Assembly (NCBI GenBank): GCA_964016885.1
Contig: OZ024744.1
Span: 48,174,001 to 48,238,000 of the forward strand
Direction of reading: 5' to 3'
DNA: 64,000 nucleotides
Origin: Eledone cirrhosa
Taxonomy: Eukaryota
Made by a program: the position numbers and the translations under genes
In this document: positions 15,701 to 32,800 of the stretch, one piece after another
Numbering within the stretch: the stretch's first letter is position 1
Layout: each line of letters starts with the position of its first letter
Notes under the pieces: model-generated
The model's database searches: none
What the model was told of the DNA's origin: nothing
What the model saw: only the letters and a program-made list of their open reading frames with translations

Positions 15701-18700
15701 ACATCACATTAGACTATCAAGACCAGAACACCAACCACATTAGACTATCAAGACCAGAACACCAACCACATCAGATTAGACTATCCTGACCAGAACACCA
15801 ACCACATTAGACTATCAAGAACAGAACTCCAACCACATTACACTATCAAGACCAGAACACCAACCACATCACATTAGACTATCAAGACCAGAACACCAAC
15901 CACATCACATTAGACTATCAAGACCAGAACACCAACCACATTAGACTATCAAGACCAGAACACCAACCACATTAGACTATCAAGACCAGAACACCAACCA
16001 CATTAGACTATCAAGACCAGAACACCAACCACACTAGACTATCAAGACCAGAACGCCAACCACATTAGACTATCAAGACCAGAACACCAACCACATTAGA
16101 CTATCAACACCAGAACACCAACCACATTAGACTATCAAGACCAGAACACCAACAACATCACATTAGACTATCAAGACCAGAACACCAACCACATCACATT
16201 AGACTATCAAGACCAGAACACCAACCACATTAGACTATCAAGACCAGAACACCAACACATCACATTAGACTATCAAGACCAGAACACCAACCACATCACA
16301 GTAGACTATCCTGACCAGAACACCAACCACATTAGACTATCAAGACCAGAACTCCAACCACATTAGACTGTCAAGACCAGAACACCAACCACATCACATT
16401 AGACTATCAAGACCAGAACACCAACCACATTAGACTATCAAGACCAGAACACCAACCACATCACATTAGACTATCAAGACCAGAACACCAACCACATCAC
16501 ATTAGACTATCAAGACCAGAACACCAACCACATCACATTAGACTATCAAGACCATAACACAAACCACATTAGACTATCAAGACCATAACACCAACCACAT
16601 TAGACTATCAAGACCAGAACACCAACCACATTAGACTATCAAGACCAGAACACCAACCACATTAGACTATCAAGACCAGAACACCAACCACATCACATAA
16701 GACTATCAAGACCAGAACATAAACCACATCACATTAGACTATCAAGACCAGAACACCAACCACATCACATTAGACTATCAAGACCAGAACACCAACCACA
16801 TTAGACTATCAAGGACAGAACACCAACCATATTAGACTATCAAGACCAGAACACCAACCACATTAGACTATCAACAACAGAACACCAACCACATTAGACT
16901 ATCAAGAACAGAACACCAACCACATTAGACTATCAAGACCAGAACACCAACCACATCACATTAGCCTATCAAGAACAGAACACCAACCACATCACATTAG
17001 ACTATCAAGACCAGAACACCAACCACATTAGACTATCAAGACCAGAACTCCAACCACATCACATTAGACTATCAAGACCAGAACACCAACCACATTAGAC
17101 TATCAAGACCAGAACACCAACCACATCACATTAGACTATCAAGACCAGAACACCAACCACATCACATTAGACTATCAAGACCAGAACACCAACCACATCA
17201 CATTAGACTATCAAGACCATAACACCAACCACATTAGACTATCAAGACCATAACACCAACCACATTAGACTATCAAGACCAGAACACCAACCACATTAGA
17301 CTATCAAGACCAGAACACCAACCACATTAGACTATCAAGACCAGAACACCAACCACATCACATAAGACTATCAAGACCAGAACATAAACCACATCACATT
17401 AGACTATCAAGACCAGAACACCAACCACATCACATTAGACTATCAAGACCAGAACACCAACCACATCACATTAGACCATCAAGACCAGAACACCAACCAC
17501 ATCACATTAGACTATCAAGACCAGAACACCAACCACATCACATTAGACTATCAAGACCAGAACACCAACCACATTAGACTATCAAGACCAGAACACCAAC
17601 CACATTAGACTATCAAGACCAGAACACCAACCACATTAGACTATCAAGACCAGAACACCAACCACATCACATAAGACTATCAAGACCAGAACATAAACCA
17701 CATCACATTAGACTATCAAGACCAGAACACCAACCACATCACATTAGACGATCAAGACCAGAACACCAACCACATCACATTAGACTATCAAGACCAGAAC
17801 ACTAACCACATTAGACTATCAAGACCAGAACACCAACCACATTAGACTAGCAAGACCAGAACACCAACCACATTAGACTATCAAGACCAGAACACCAACC
17901 ACATTAGACTATCAAGACCAGAACTCCAACCACATTAGACTATCAAGACCAGAACACCAACCACATCACATTAGACTATCAAGACCAGAACACCAACCAC
18001 ATTAGACTATCAAGACCAGAACACCAACAATATCATTTTAGACTATCAAGACCAGAACACCAACCACATTAGACTATCAAGACCAGAACACCAACAACAT
18101 TAGACTATCAAGACCAGAACACCAACCACATCACATTAGACTATCAAGACCAGAACACCAACCACGTTAGACTATCAAGACCAGAACACCAACCACATCA
18201 CATTTGACTATCAAGACCAGAACACCAACCACATCACATTAGACTATCAAGACCAGAACACAAACCACATCACATTAGACTATCAAGACCAGAACACCAA
18301 CCACATCACATTAGACTATCAAGACCAGAACACCAACCACATTAGACTATCAAGACCAGAACTCCAACCACATTAGACTATCAAGAGAAGAACACCAACC
18401 ACATCACTTTAGACTATCAAGACCAGAACACCAACCACATTAGACTATCAAGACCAGAACTCCAACCACATTAGACTATCAAGACCAGAACACCAACAAC
18501 ATTAGACTATCAACACCAGAACAGCAACCACATTAGTCTATCAAGACCAGAACTCCAACCACATTAGACTATCAAGACCAGAACACCAACCACATTAGAC
18601 TATCAAGACCAGAACACCAACCACATCACATTTGACTATCAAGAACAGAACACCAACCACATCACATTAGACTATCAAGACCAGAAAACCAACCACATCA

Positions 18701-19030
18701 CATTAGACTATCAAGACCAGAACACCAACCACATCACATTAGACTATCAAGACCAGAACACCAACCACATTAGACTATCAAGACCAGAACACCAACCACA
18801 TCACATTAGACTATCAAGACCAGAACACCAACCACATTATACTATCAAGACCAGAACACCAACCACATTAGACTATCAAGACCAGAACACCAACCACATT
18901 AGACTATCAAGACCAGAACACCAACCACATTAGACTATCAAGACCAGAACACCAACCACATCACATTAGACTATCAAGACCAGAACACCAACCACATTAG
19001 ACTATCAAGACCAGAACACCAACCACATTA
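8760..19030 (+). repeat. ~5.05-5.2 kb tandem duplication (junction ~13,970-14,003)
   Basis: AACTAC 8785/14001 (5,216); AGCAC 9621/14806 and CGACC 10511/15696 (5,185); 35 bp monomer 11201/16252 and AGGACAG 11761/16812 (5,051). The offsets change only by whole-monomer amounts. Confidence 0.85.
10180..10740 (+). repeat. 299 bp (9-monomer) local higher-order duplication marked by CATCAGATTAGACTATCCTGA
   Basis: The marker lies at 10285 and 10584 (299 = 5x31 + 4x36), each followed by GAACAGAACTCC and ATTACAC. The doublet also occurs at ~15.5/15.8 kb and ~62.4/62.7 kb. Confidence 0.8.
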
Positions 19031-22000
19031 GACTATCAAGACCAGAACACCAACCACATTAGACTATCAAGACCAGAACACCAACCACATCACATTAGAC
19101 TATCAAGACCAGAACACCAACCACATTAGACTATCAAGACCAGAACACCAACCACATTAGACTATCAAGACCAGAACACCAACCACATCACATTAGACTA
19201 TCAAGACCAGAACACCAACCACATTAGACTATCAAGACCAGAACACCAACCACATCAGATTAGACTATCCTGACCAGAACACCAACCACATTAGACAATC
19301 AAGAACAGAACTCCAACCACATTACAATATCAAGACCAGAACACCAACCACATCACATTAGACTATCAAGACCAGAACACCAACCACATCACATTAGACT
19401 ATCAAGACCAGAACACCAAACACATTAGACTATCATGACCAGAACACCAACCACATTAGACTATCAAGACCATAACACCAACCACATCACATCAGACTAT
19501 CAAGAGCAGAACACCAACCACATTAGACTATCAAGACCAGAACACCAACCACATTAGACTATCAAGACCAGAACACCAACCACATTAGACTATCAAGACC
19601 AGAACACCAACCACATTAGACTATCAAGACCAGAACACCAACCACATTAGACTATCAAGACCAGAACACCAACCACATTAGACTATCAAGACCAGAACAC
19701 CAACCACATTAGACTATCAAGACCAGAACACCAACCACATCACATAAGACTATCAAGACCAGAACATAAACCACATCACATTAGACTATCAAGACCAGAA
19801 CACCAACCACATCACATTAGACTATCAAGACCAGAACACCAACCACATCACATTAGACTATCAAGACCTGAACACCAACCACATCACATTAGACTATCAA
19901 GACCAGAACACCAACCACATTAGACTATCAAGACCAGAACACCAACCACATTAGACTATCAAGACCAGAACACCAACCACATTAGACTATCAAGACCAGA
20001 ACACCAACCACATTAGACTATCAAGACCAGAACGCCAACCACATTAGACTATCAAGTCCAGAACACCAACCACATTAGACTATCAACACCAGAACACCAA
20101 CCACATTAGACTATCAAGACCAGAACACCAACAACATCACATTAGACTATCAAGACCAGAACACCAACCACATCACATTAGACTATCAAGACCAGAACAC
20201 CAACCACATTAGACTATCAAGACCAGAACACCAACACATCACATTAGACTATCAAGACCAGAACACCAACCACATCACAGTAGACTATCCTGACCAGAAC
20301 ACCAACCACATTAGACTATCAAGACCAGAACTCCAACCACATTAGACTGTCAAGACCAGAACACCAACCACATCACATTAGACTATCAAGACCAGAACAC
20401 CAACCACATTAGACTATCAAGACCAGAACACCAACCACATCACATTAGACTATCAAGACCAGAACACCAACCACATCACATTAGACTATCAAGACCAGAA
20501 CACCAACCACATCACATTAGACTATCAAGACCATAACACAAACCACATTAGACTATCAAGACCATAACACCAACCACATTAGACTATCAAGACCAGAACA
20601 CCAACCACATTAGACTATCAAGACCAGAACACCAACCACATCACATAAGACTATCAAGACCAGAACATAAACCACATCACATTAGACTATCAAGACCAGA
20701 ACACCAACCACATCACATTAGACTATCAAGACCAGAACACCAACCACATTAGACTATCAAGGACAGAACACCAACCATATTAGACTATCAAGACCAGAAC
20801 ACCAACCACATTAGACTATCAACAACAGAACACCAACCACATTAGACTATCAAGAACAGAACACCAACCACATTAGACTATCAAGACCAGAACACCAACC
20901 ACATCACATTAGCCTATCAAGAACAGAACACCAACCACATCACATTAGACTATCAAGACCAGAACACCAACCACATTAGACTATCAAGACCAGAACTCCA
21001 ACCACATCACATTAGACTATCAAGACCAGAACACCAACCACATTAGACTATCAAGACCAGAACACCAACCACATCACATTAGACTATCAAGACCAGAACA
21101 CCAACCACATCACATTAGACTATCAAGACCAGAACACCAACCACATCACATTAGACTATCAAGACCATAACACCAACCACATTAGACTATCAAGACCATA
21201 ACACCAACCACATTAGACTATCAAGACCAGAACACCAACCACATTAGACTATCAAGACCAGAACACCAACCACATTAGACTATCAAGACCAGAACACCAA
21301 CCACATCACATAAGACTATCAAGACCAGAACATAAACCACATCACATTAGACTATCAAGACCAGAACACCAACCACATCACATTAGACTATCAAGACCAG
21401 AACACCAACCACATCACATTAGACCATCAAGACCAGAACACCAACCACATCACATTAGACTATCAAGACCAGAACACCAACCACATCACATTAGACTATC
21501 AAGACCAGAACACCAACCACATTAGACTATCAAGACCAGAACACCAACCACATTAGACTATCAAGACCAGAACACCAACCACATTAGACTATCAAGACCA
21601 GAACACCAACCACATCACATAAGACTATCAAGACCAGAACATAAACCACATCACATTAGACTATCAAGACCAGAACACCAACCACATCACATTAGACTAT
21701 CAAGACCAGAACACCAACCACATCACATTAGACTATCAAGACCAGAACACTAACCACATTAGACTATCAAGACCAGAACACCAACCACATTAGACTAGCA
21801 AGACCAGAACACCAACCACATTAGACTATCAAGACCAGAACACCAACCACATTAGACTATCAAGACCAGAACTCCAACCACATTAGACTATCAAGACCAG
21901 AACACCAACCACATCACATTAGACTATCAAGACCAGAACACCAACCACATTAGACTATCAAGACCAGAACACCAACAATATCATTTTAGACTACCAAGAC

Positions 22001-23850
22001 CAGAACACCAACCACATTAGACTATCAAGACCAGAACACCAACAACATTAGACTATCAAGACCAGAACACCTACCACATCACATTAGACTATCAAGACCA
22101 GAACACCAACCACGTTAGACTATCAAGACCAGAACACCAACCACATCACATTTGACTATCAAGACCAGAACACCAACCACATCACATTAGACTATCAAGA
22201 CCAGAACACAAACCACATCACATTAGACTATCAAGACCAGAACACCAACCACATCACATTAGACTATCAAGACCAGAACACCAACCACATTAGACTATCA
22301 AGACCAGAACTCCAACCACATTAGACTATCAAGAGAAGAACACCAACCACATCACTTTAGACTATCAAGACCAGAACACCAACCACATTAGACTATCAAG
22401 ACCAGAACTCCAACCACATTAGACTATCAAGACCAGAACACCAACAACATTAGACTATCAACACCAGAACAGCAACCACATTAGTCTATCAAGACCAGAA
22501 CTCCAACCACATTAGACTATCAAGACCAGAACACCAACCACATTAGACTATCAAGACCAGAACACCAACCACATCACATTTGACTATCAAGAACAGAACA
22601 CCAACCACATCACATTAGACTATCAAGACCAGAAAACCAACCACATCACATTAGACTATCAAGACCAGAACACCAACCACATCACATTAGACTATCAAGA
22701 CCAGAACACCAACCACATTAGACTATCAAGACCAGAACACCAACCACATCACATTAGACTATCAAGACCAGAACACCAACCACATTATACTATCAAGACC
22801 AGAACACCAACCACATTAGACTATCAAGACCAGAACACCAACCACATTAGACTATCAAGACCAGAACACCAACCACATTAGACTATCAAGACCAGAACAC
22901 CAACCACATCACATTAGACTATCAAGACCAGAACACCAACCACATTAGACTATCAAGACCAGAACACCAACCACATTAGACTATCAAGACCAGAACACCA
23001 ACCACATTAGACTATCAAGACCAGAACACCAACCACATCACATTAGACTATCAAGACCAGAACACCAACCACATTAGACTATCAAGACCAGAACACCAAC
23101 CACATTAGACTATCAAGACCAGAACACCAACCACATCACATTAGACTATCAAGACCAGAACACCAACCACATTAGACTATCAAGACCAGAACACCAACCA
23201 CATCAGATTAGACTATCCTGACCAGAACACCAACCACATTAGACAATCAAGAACAGAACTCCAACCACATTACAATATCAAGACCAGAACACCAACCACA
23301 TCACATTAGACTATCAAGACCAGAACACCAACCACATCACATTAGACTATCAAGACCAGAACACCAAACACATTAGACTATCATGACCATAACACCAACC
23401 ACATTAGACTATCAAGACCATAACACCAACCACATCACATCAGACTATCAAGAGCAGAACACCAACCACATTAGACTATCAAGACCAGAACACCAACCAC
23501 ATTAGACTATCAAGACCAGAACAACAACCACATTAGACTATCAAGACCAGAACACCAACCACATTAGACTATCAAGACCAGAACACCAACCACATTAGAC
23601 TATCAAGACCAGAACACCAACCACATTAGACTATCAAGACCAGAACACCAACCACATTAGACTATCAAGACCAGAACACCAACCACATCACATAAGACTA
23701 TCAAGACCAGAACATAAACCACATCACATTAGACTATCAAGACCAGAACACCAACCACATCACATTAGACTATCAAGACCAGAACACCAACCACATCACA
23801 TTAGACTATCAAGACCTGAACACCAACCACATCACATTAGACTATCAAGA
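15900..23850 (+). repeat. ~3.95 kb tandem duplication, re-copied at ~31.8-37.5 kb (partial) and ~46.5-54.1 kb
   Basis: AGGACAG pairs 16812/20760, 32506/36454 and 47143/51091, and GACCTG 19865/23813, all have offset 3,948. Confidence 0.85.
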
Positions 23851-26800
23851 CCAGAACACCAACAACATCACATTAGACTATCAAGACCAGAACACCAACC
23901 ACATTAGACTATCAAGAACAGAACACCAACAACATTAGACTATCAAGACCATAACACCAACCACATTAGACTATCAAGAACAGAACACCAACCACATTAG
24001 ACTATCAAGACCAGAACACCAACAACAATAGACTATCAAGACCAGAACACCAACCACATTAGACTATCAAGAACAGAACACCAACCACATTAGACTATCA
24101 AGACAAGAACACCAACCACATTAGACTATCAAGAACAGAACACCAACCACATTAGACTATCAAGAACAGAACACCAACCACATTAGACTATCAAGAACAG
24201 AACACCAACCACATCACATTAGCCTATCAAGAACAGAACACCAACCACATTAGACTATCAAGACCAGAACACCAACCACATTAGACTATCAAAACCAGAA
24301 CACCAACCACATCACATTAGACTATCAAGACCAGAACACCAACCACATTAGACTATCAAGACCAGAACACCAACCACATCACATTAGAATATCCAGACCA
24401 GAACACCAACCATATCACATTAGACTATCAAGACCTGAACACCAACAACATCACATTAGACTATCAAGACCAGAACACCAACAACATCACATTAGACTAT
24501 CAAGACCAGAACACCAACCACATTAGACTATCAAGAACATAACACCAACAACATTAGACTATCAAGAACATAACACCAACCACATTAGACTATCAAGAAC
24601 AGAACACCAACCACATTAGACTATCAAGAACAGAACACCAACCACATTAGACTATCAAGACCAGAACACCAACCACATCACATTAGCCTATCAAGAACAG
24701 AACACCAACCACATTAGACTATCAATACCAGAACACCAACCACATTAGACTATCAAGAACAGAACACAAACCACATTAGACCATCAAGACCAGAACACCA
24801 ACCACATTAGACTATCAAGACCAGAACACCAAACACATTACACTATCAAGAACAGAACACCAACCACATTAGACTATCAAGAACAGAACACCAACCACAT
24901 TAGACTATCAAGAACAGAACACCAACCACATTAGACTATCAAGAACAGAACACCAACCACATTAGACTATCAAGAACAGAACACCAACCACATTAGACTA
25001 TCAAGAACAGAACACAAACCACATTAGACTATCAAGACCAGAACATTAACAACATCACATAGTCTATCAAGACCAGAACACCAACAACATCACATTAGAC
25101 TATCAAGACCAGAACACCACCCACATCACATTAGACTATCAAGACCAGAACACCAAACACATCACATTAGACTATCAAGACCAGAACACCAACCACATTA
25201 GACTACCAAGACCAGAACACCAACCACATCACATTGGACTATTAAGACCAGAACACCAACCACATTAGACTATCAAGACCAGAACTCCAACCACATTAGA
25301 CTATCAAGACCAGAACACTAACCACATCACATTAGACTATCAAAACCATAACACCAACCACATTAGACTATCAAGACCATAACACCAACCACATTAGACT
25401 ATCAAGACCAGAACAACAACTAGATCACATTAGACTATCAAGACCAGAACATCAACAATATCATTTTAGACTATCAAGACCAGAACACCAACAACATACC
25501 ATTAGACTATCAAGACCAGAACACCAACCACATCACATTAGACTATCAAGACCAGAACACCAACCACATCACATTAGACTATCAAGACCAGAACACCAAC
25601 CACATCACATTAGACTATCAAGACGTGAACACCAACCACATTAGACTATCAAGACCAGAACACCAACCACATTAGACTATCAAGACCAGAACACCAACCA
25701 CATTAGACTATCAAGACCAGAACACCAACCACATCACATTAGACTATCAAGACCAGAACACCAACCACATTAGATTTCAAGACCAGAACACCAACCACAT
25801 TATACTATCAAGACCAGAACACCAACCACATCACATTAGAATATCAAGACCAGAACACCAACCACATTAGACTATCAAGACCAGAACACCAACCACATCA
25901 CATTAGACTATCAAGAACAGAACACCAACCACATCACATTAGACTATCAAGACCAGTACACCAACCACATCACATTAGACTATCAAGACCAGAACACCAA
26001 CCACATCACATTAGACTATCAAGACGTGAACACCAACCACATTAGACTATCAAGACCAGAACACCAACAACATTAGACTATCAAGACCAGAACACCAACC
26101 ACATTAGACTATCAAGACCAGAACACCAACCACATCACATTAGACTATCAAGACCAGAACACCAACAACATCACATTAGACTACCAAGACCATAACACCA
26201 ACCATATTAGACTATCAAGACCAGAACACCAACCACATCACATTAGACTATCAAGACCAGAACACCAACCACATTAGACTATCAAGACCAGAACACCAAT
26301 CACATTAGACTATCAAGACCAGAACACCAACCACATCACATTAGAATATCAAGACCAGAACACCAACCACATTAGACTATCAAGACCAGAACACCAACCA
26401 CATCACATTAGACTATCAAGACCAGAACACCAACCACATTAGACTATCAAGAACAGAACACCAACCACATTAGACTATCAAGAAAAGAACACCAACCACA
26501 TTAGACTATCAAGACCAGAACACCAACCACATCACATTAGACTATCAAGACCAGAACACTAACCACATTAGACTATCAAGACCAGAACACTAACAACATC
26601 ACATAGTCTATCAAGACCAGAACACCAACAACATCACATTAGACTATAAAGACCAGAACACCAACAACATCACATTAGACTATCAAGACCAGAATACCAC
26701 CCACATCACATTAGACTATCAAAACCAGAACACCAAACACATCACATAAGACTATCAAGACCAGAACACCAACCACATTAGACTACCATGACCAGAACAA

Positions 26801-29800
26801 CAACCACATCACATTAGACTATTAAGACCAGAACACCAACCACATCACATTAGACTATCAAGACCAGAACACCAACCACATTAGACTATCAAGACCAGAA
26901 ATCCAACCACATCACATTAGACTATCAAGACCAGAACACCAACCACATTAGACTATCAAGACCAGAACACCAACCACATCACATTAGACTATCAAGACCA
27001 GAACACCAACCACATCACATTAGACTATCAAGACCAGAACACCAACCACATCACATTAGACTATCAAGACCATAACACCAACCACATTAGACTATCAAGA
27101 CCATAACACCAACCACATTAGACTATCAAGACCAGAACACCAACCACATTAGACTATCAAGACCAGAACACCAACCACATTAGACTATCAAGACCAGAAC
27201 ACCAACCACATCACATAAGACTATCAAGACCAGAACATAAACCACATCACATTAGACTATCAAGACCAGAACACCAACCACATCACATTAGACTATCAAG
27301 ACCAGAACACCAACCACATCACATTAGACCATCAAGACCAGAACACCAACCACATCACATTAGACTATCAAGACCAGAACACCAACCACATCACATTAGA
27401 CTATCAAGACCAGAACACCAACCACATTAGACTATCAAGACCAGAACACCAACCACATTAGACTATCAAGACCAGAACACCAACCACATTAGACTATCAA
27501 GACCAGAACACCAACCACATCACATAAGACTATCAAGACCAGAACATAAACCACATCACATTAGACTATCAAGACCAGAACACCAACCACATCACATTAG
27601 ACTATCAAGACCAGAACACCAACCACATCACATTAGACTATCAAGACCAGAACACTAACCACATTAGACTATCAAGACCAGAACACCAACCACATTAGAC
27701 TATCAAGACCAGAACACCAAACACATTAGACTATCAAGACCAGAACACCAACCACATTAGACTATCAAGACCAGAACTCCAACCACATTAGACTATCAAG
27801 ACCAGAATACCAACCACATCACATTAGACTATCAAGACCAGAACACCAACAACATCACATTAGACTATCAAGACCAGAACACCAACAATATCATTTTAGA
27901 CTATCAAGACCAGAACACCAACCACATTAGACTATCAAGACCAGAACACCAACAACATTAGACTATCAAGACCAGAACACCAACCACATCACATTAGACT
28001 ATCAAGACCAGAACACCAACCACGTTAGACTATCAAGACCAGAACACCAACCACATCACATTTGACTATCAAGACCAGAACACCAACCACATCACATTAG
28101 ACTATCAAGACCAGAACACAAACCACATCACATTAGACTATCAAGACCAGAACACCAACCACATCACATTAGACTATCAAGACCAGAACACCAACCACAT
28201 TAGACTATCAAGACCAGAACTCCAACCACATTAGACTATCAAGAGAAGAACACCAACCACATCACATTAGACTATCAAGACCAGAACACCAACCACATTA
28301 GACTATCAAGACCAGAACTCCAACCACATTAGACTATCAAGACCAGAACACCAACAACATTAGACTATCAACACCAGAACACCAACCACATTAGACTATC
28401 AAGACCAGAACTCCAACCACATTAGACTATCAAGACCAGAACACCAACCACATTAGACTATCAAGACCAGAACACCAACCACATCACATTTGACTATCAA
28501 GACCAGAACACCAACCACATCACATTAGACTATCAAGACCATAACACCAACCACATTAGACTATCAAGACCATAACACCAACCACATTAGACTATCAAGA
28601 CCAGAACAACAACTAGATCACATTAGACTATCAAGACCAGAACATCAACAATATCATTTTAGACTATCAAGACCAGAACACCAACAAAATCACATTAGAC
28701 TATCAAGACCAGAACACCAACCACATCACATTAGACTATCAAGACCAGAACACCAACCACATCACATTAGACTATCAAGACCAGAACACCAACCACATCA
28801 CATTAGACTATCAAGACGTGAACACCAACCACATTAGACTATCAAGACCAGAACACCAACCACATTAGACTATCAAGACCAGAACACCAACCACATTAGA
28901 CTATCAAGACCAAAACACCAACCACATCACATTAGACTATCAAGACCAGAACACCAACCACATTAGATTTCAAGACCAGAACACCAACCACATTATACTA
29001 TCAAGACCAGAACACCAACCACATCACATTAGACTATCAAGAACAGAACACCAACCACATCAGATTAGACTATCAAGACCAGAACACCAACCACATCACA
29101 TTAGACTATCAAGACCAGAACACCAACCACATCACATTAGACTATCAAGACGTGAACACCAACCACATTAGACTATCAAGACCAGAACACCAACCACATT
29201 AGACTATCAAGACCAGAACACCAACCACATTAGACTATCAAGACCAGAACACCAACCACATCACATTAGACTATCAAGACCAGAACACCAACAACATCAC
29301 ATTAGACTATCAAGACCATAACAGCAACCATATTAGACTATCAAGACCAGAACACCAACCACATAACGTTAGACTATCAAGACCAGAACACCAACCACAT
29401 TAGACTATCAAGACCAGAAAACCAACCACATTAGACTATCAAGACCAGAACACCAACCACATCACATTAGAATATCAAGACCAGAACACCAACCACATTA
29501 GACTATCAAGACCAGAACACCAACCACATCACATTAGACTATCAAAACCAGAACACCAACCACATTAGACTATCAAGAACAGAACACCAACCACATTAGA
29601 CTATCAAGAACAGAACACCAACCTCATTAGACTATCAAGACCAGAACACCAACCACATCACATTAGACTATCAAGACCAGAACACTAACAACATCACATA
29701 GTCTATCAAGACCAGAACACCAACAACATCACATTAGACTATAAAGACCAGAACACCAACAACATCACATTAGACTATCAAGACCAGAACACCACCCACA

Positions 29801-32800
29801 TCACATTAGACTATCAAAACCAGAACACCAAACACATCACATAAGACTATCAAGACCAGAACACCAACCACATTAGACTACCATGACCAGAACAACAACC
29901 ACATCACATTAGACTATTAAGACCAGAACACCAACCACATCACATTAGACTATCAAGACCAGAACACCAACCACATTAGACTATCAAGACCAGAACTCCA
30001 ACCACATCACATTAGACTATCAAGACCAGAACACCAACCACATTAGACTATCAAGACCAGAACACCAACCACATCACATTAGACTATCAAGACCAGAACA
30101 CCAACCACATCACATTAGAATATCAAGACCAGAACACCAACCACATCACATTAGACTATCAAGACCATAACACCAACCACATTAGACTATCAAGACCATA
30201 ACACCAACCACATTAGACTATCAAGACCAGAACACCAACCACATTAGACTATCAAGACCAGAACACCAACCACATTAGACTATCAAGACCAGAACACCAA
30301 CCACATCACATAAGACTATCAAGACCAGAACATAAACCACATCACATTAGACTATCAAGACCAGAACACCAACCACATCACATTAGACTATCAAGACCAG
30401 AACACCAACCACATCACATTAGACTATCAAGAGCAGAACACCAACCACATCACATTAGACTATCAAGACCAGAACACCAACCACATCACATTAGACTATC
30501 AAGACCAGAACACCAGCCACATTAGACTATCAAGACCAGAACACCAACTACATTAGACTATCAAGACCAGAACACCAACCACATTAGACTATCAAGACCA
30601 GAACACCAACCACATCACATAAGACTATCAAGACCAGAACATAAACCACATCACATTAGACTATCAAGACCAGAACACCAACCACATCACATTAGACTAT
30701 CAAGACCAGAACACCAACCACATCACATTAGACTATCAAGACCAGAACACTAACCACATTAGACTATCAAGACCAGAACACCAACCACATTAGACTATCA
30801 AGACCAGAACACCAACCACATCACATTAGACTATCAAGACCAGAACACCAACCACATTAGACTATCAAGACCAGAACACCAACAATATCATTTTAGACTA
30901 TCAAGACCAGAACACCAACCACATTAGACTATCAAGACCAGAACACCAACAACATTAGACTATCAAGACCAGAACACCAACCACATCACATTAGACTATC
31001 AAGGCAAGAACACCAACCACATTAGACTATCAAGACCAGAACACCAACCACATCACATTTGACTATCAAGACCAGAACACCAACCACATCACATTAGACT
31101 ATCAAGACCAGAACACAAACCACATCACATTAGACTATCAAGACCAGAACACCAACCACATCACATTAGACTATCAAGACCAGAACACCAACCACATTAG
31201 ACTATCAAGACCAGAACTCCAACCACATTAGACTATCAAGAGAAGAACACCAACCACATCACATTAGACTATCAAGACCAGAACACCAACCACATTAGAC
31301 TATCAAGACCAGAACTCCAACCACATTAGACTATCAAGACCAGAACACCAACAACATTAGACTATCAACACCAGAACACCAACCACATTAGACTATCAAG
31401 ACCAGAACTCCAACCACATTACACTATCAAGACCAGAACACCAACCACATCACATTAGACTATCAAGACCAGAACACCAACCACATCACATTAGACTATC
31501 AAGACCAGAACACCAACCACATTAGACTATCAAGACCAGAACACCAACCACATTAGACTATCAAGACCAGAACACCGACCACATCACATTAGACTATCAA
31601 GACCAGAACACCAACCACATTAGACTATCAAGACCAGAACACCAACCACATCAGATTAGACTATCCTGACCAGAACACCAACCACATTAGACTATCAAGA
31701 ACAGAACTCCAACCACATTACACTATCAAGACCAGAACACCAACCACATCACATTAGACTATCAAGACCAGAACACCAACCACATCACATTAGACTATCA
31801 AGACCAGAACACCAACCACATTAGACTATCAAGACCAGAACACCAACAACATCACATTAGACTATCAAGACCAGAACACCAACCACATCACATTAGACTA
31901 TCAAGACCAGAACACCAACCACATTAGACTATCAAGACCAGAACACCAACACATCACATTAGACTATCAAGACCAGAACACCAACCACATCACAGTAGAC
32001 TATCCTGACCAGAACACCAACCACATTAGACTATCAAGACCAGAACTCCAACCACATTAGACTGTCAAGACCAGAACACCAACCACATCACATTAGACTA
32101 TCAAGACCAGAACACCAACCACATTAGACTATCAAGACCAGAACACCAACCACATCACATTAGACTATCAAGACCAGAACACCAACCACATCACATTAGA
32201 CTATCAAGACCAGAACACCAACCACATCACATTAGACTATCAAGACCATAACACAAACCACATTAGACTATCAAGACCATAACACCAACCACATTAGACT
32301 ATCAAGACCAGAACACCAACCACATTAGACTATCAAGACCAGAACACCAACCACATTAGACTATCAAGACCAGAACACCAACCACATCACATAAGACTAT
32401 CAAGACCAGAACATAAACCACATCACATTAGACTATCAAGACCAGAACACCAACCACATCACATTAGACTATCAAGACCAGAACACCAACCACATTAGAC
32501 TATCAAGGACAGAACACCAACCATATTAGACTATCAAGACCAGAACACCAACCACATTAGACTATCAACAACAGAACACCAACCACATTAGACTATCAAG
32601 AACAGAACACCAACCACATTAGACTATCAAGACCAGAACACCAACCACATCACATTAGCCTATCAAGAACAGAACACCAACCACATCACATTAGACTATC
32701 AAGACCAGAACACCAACCACATTAGACTATCAAGACCAGAACTCCAACCACATCACATTAGACTATCAAGACCAGAACACCAACCACATTAGACTATCAA

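Larger units (their letters stand above)
1..31400 (+). repeat. Older higher-order copy pair: ~1-9.6 kb repeated at ~21.7-31.4 kb (offset ~21.7-21.8 kb)
   Basis: CACTAA 23/21748 (21,725); AATATCCAGA 2601/24388, TTGG 3447/25234 and AACTAGATC 3631/25418 (all 21,787). The first copy carries several private SNPs, e.g. GGCCAG ~206, CACGAA ~4172, TAGGCT ~4782. Confidence 0.82.
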
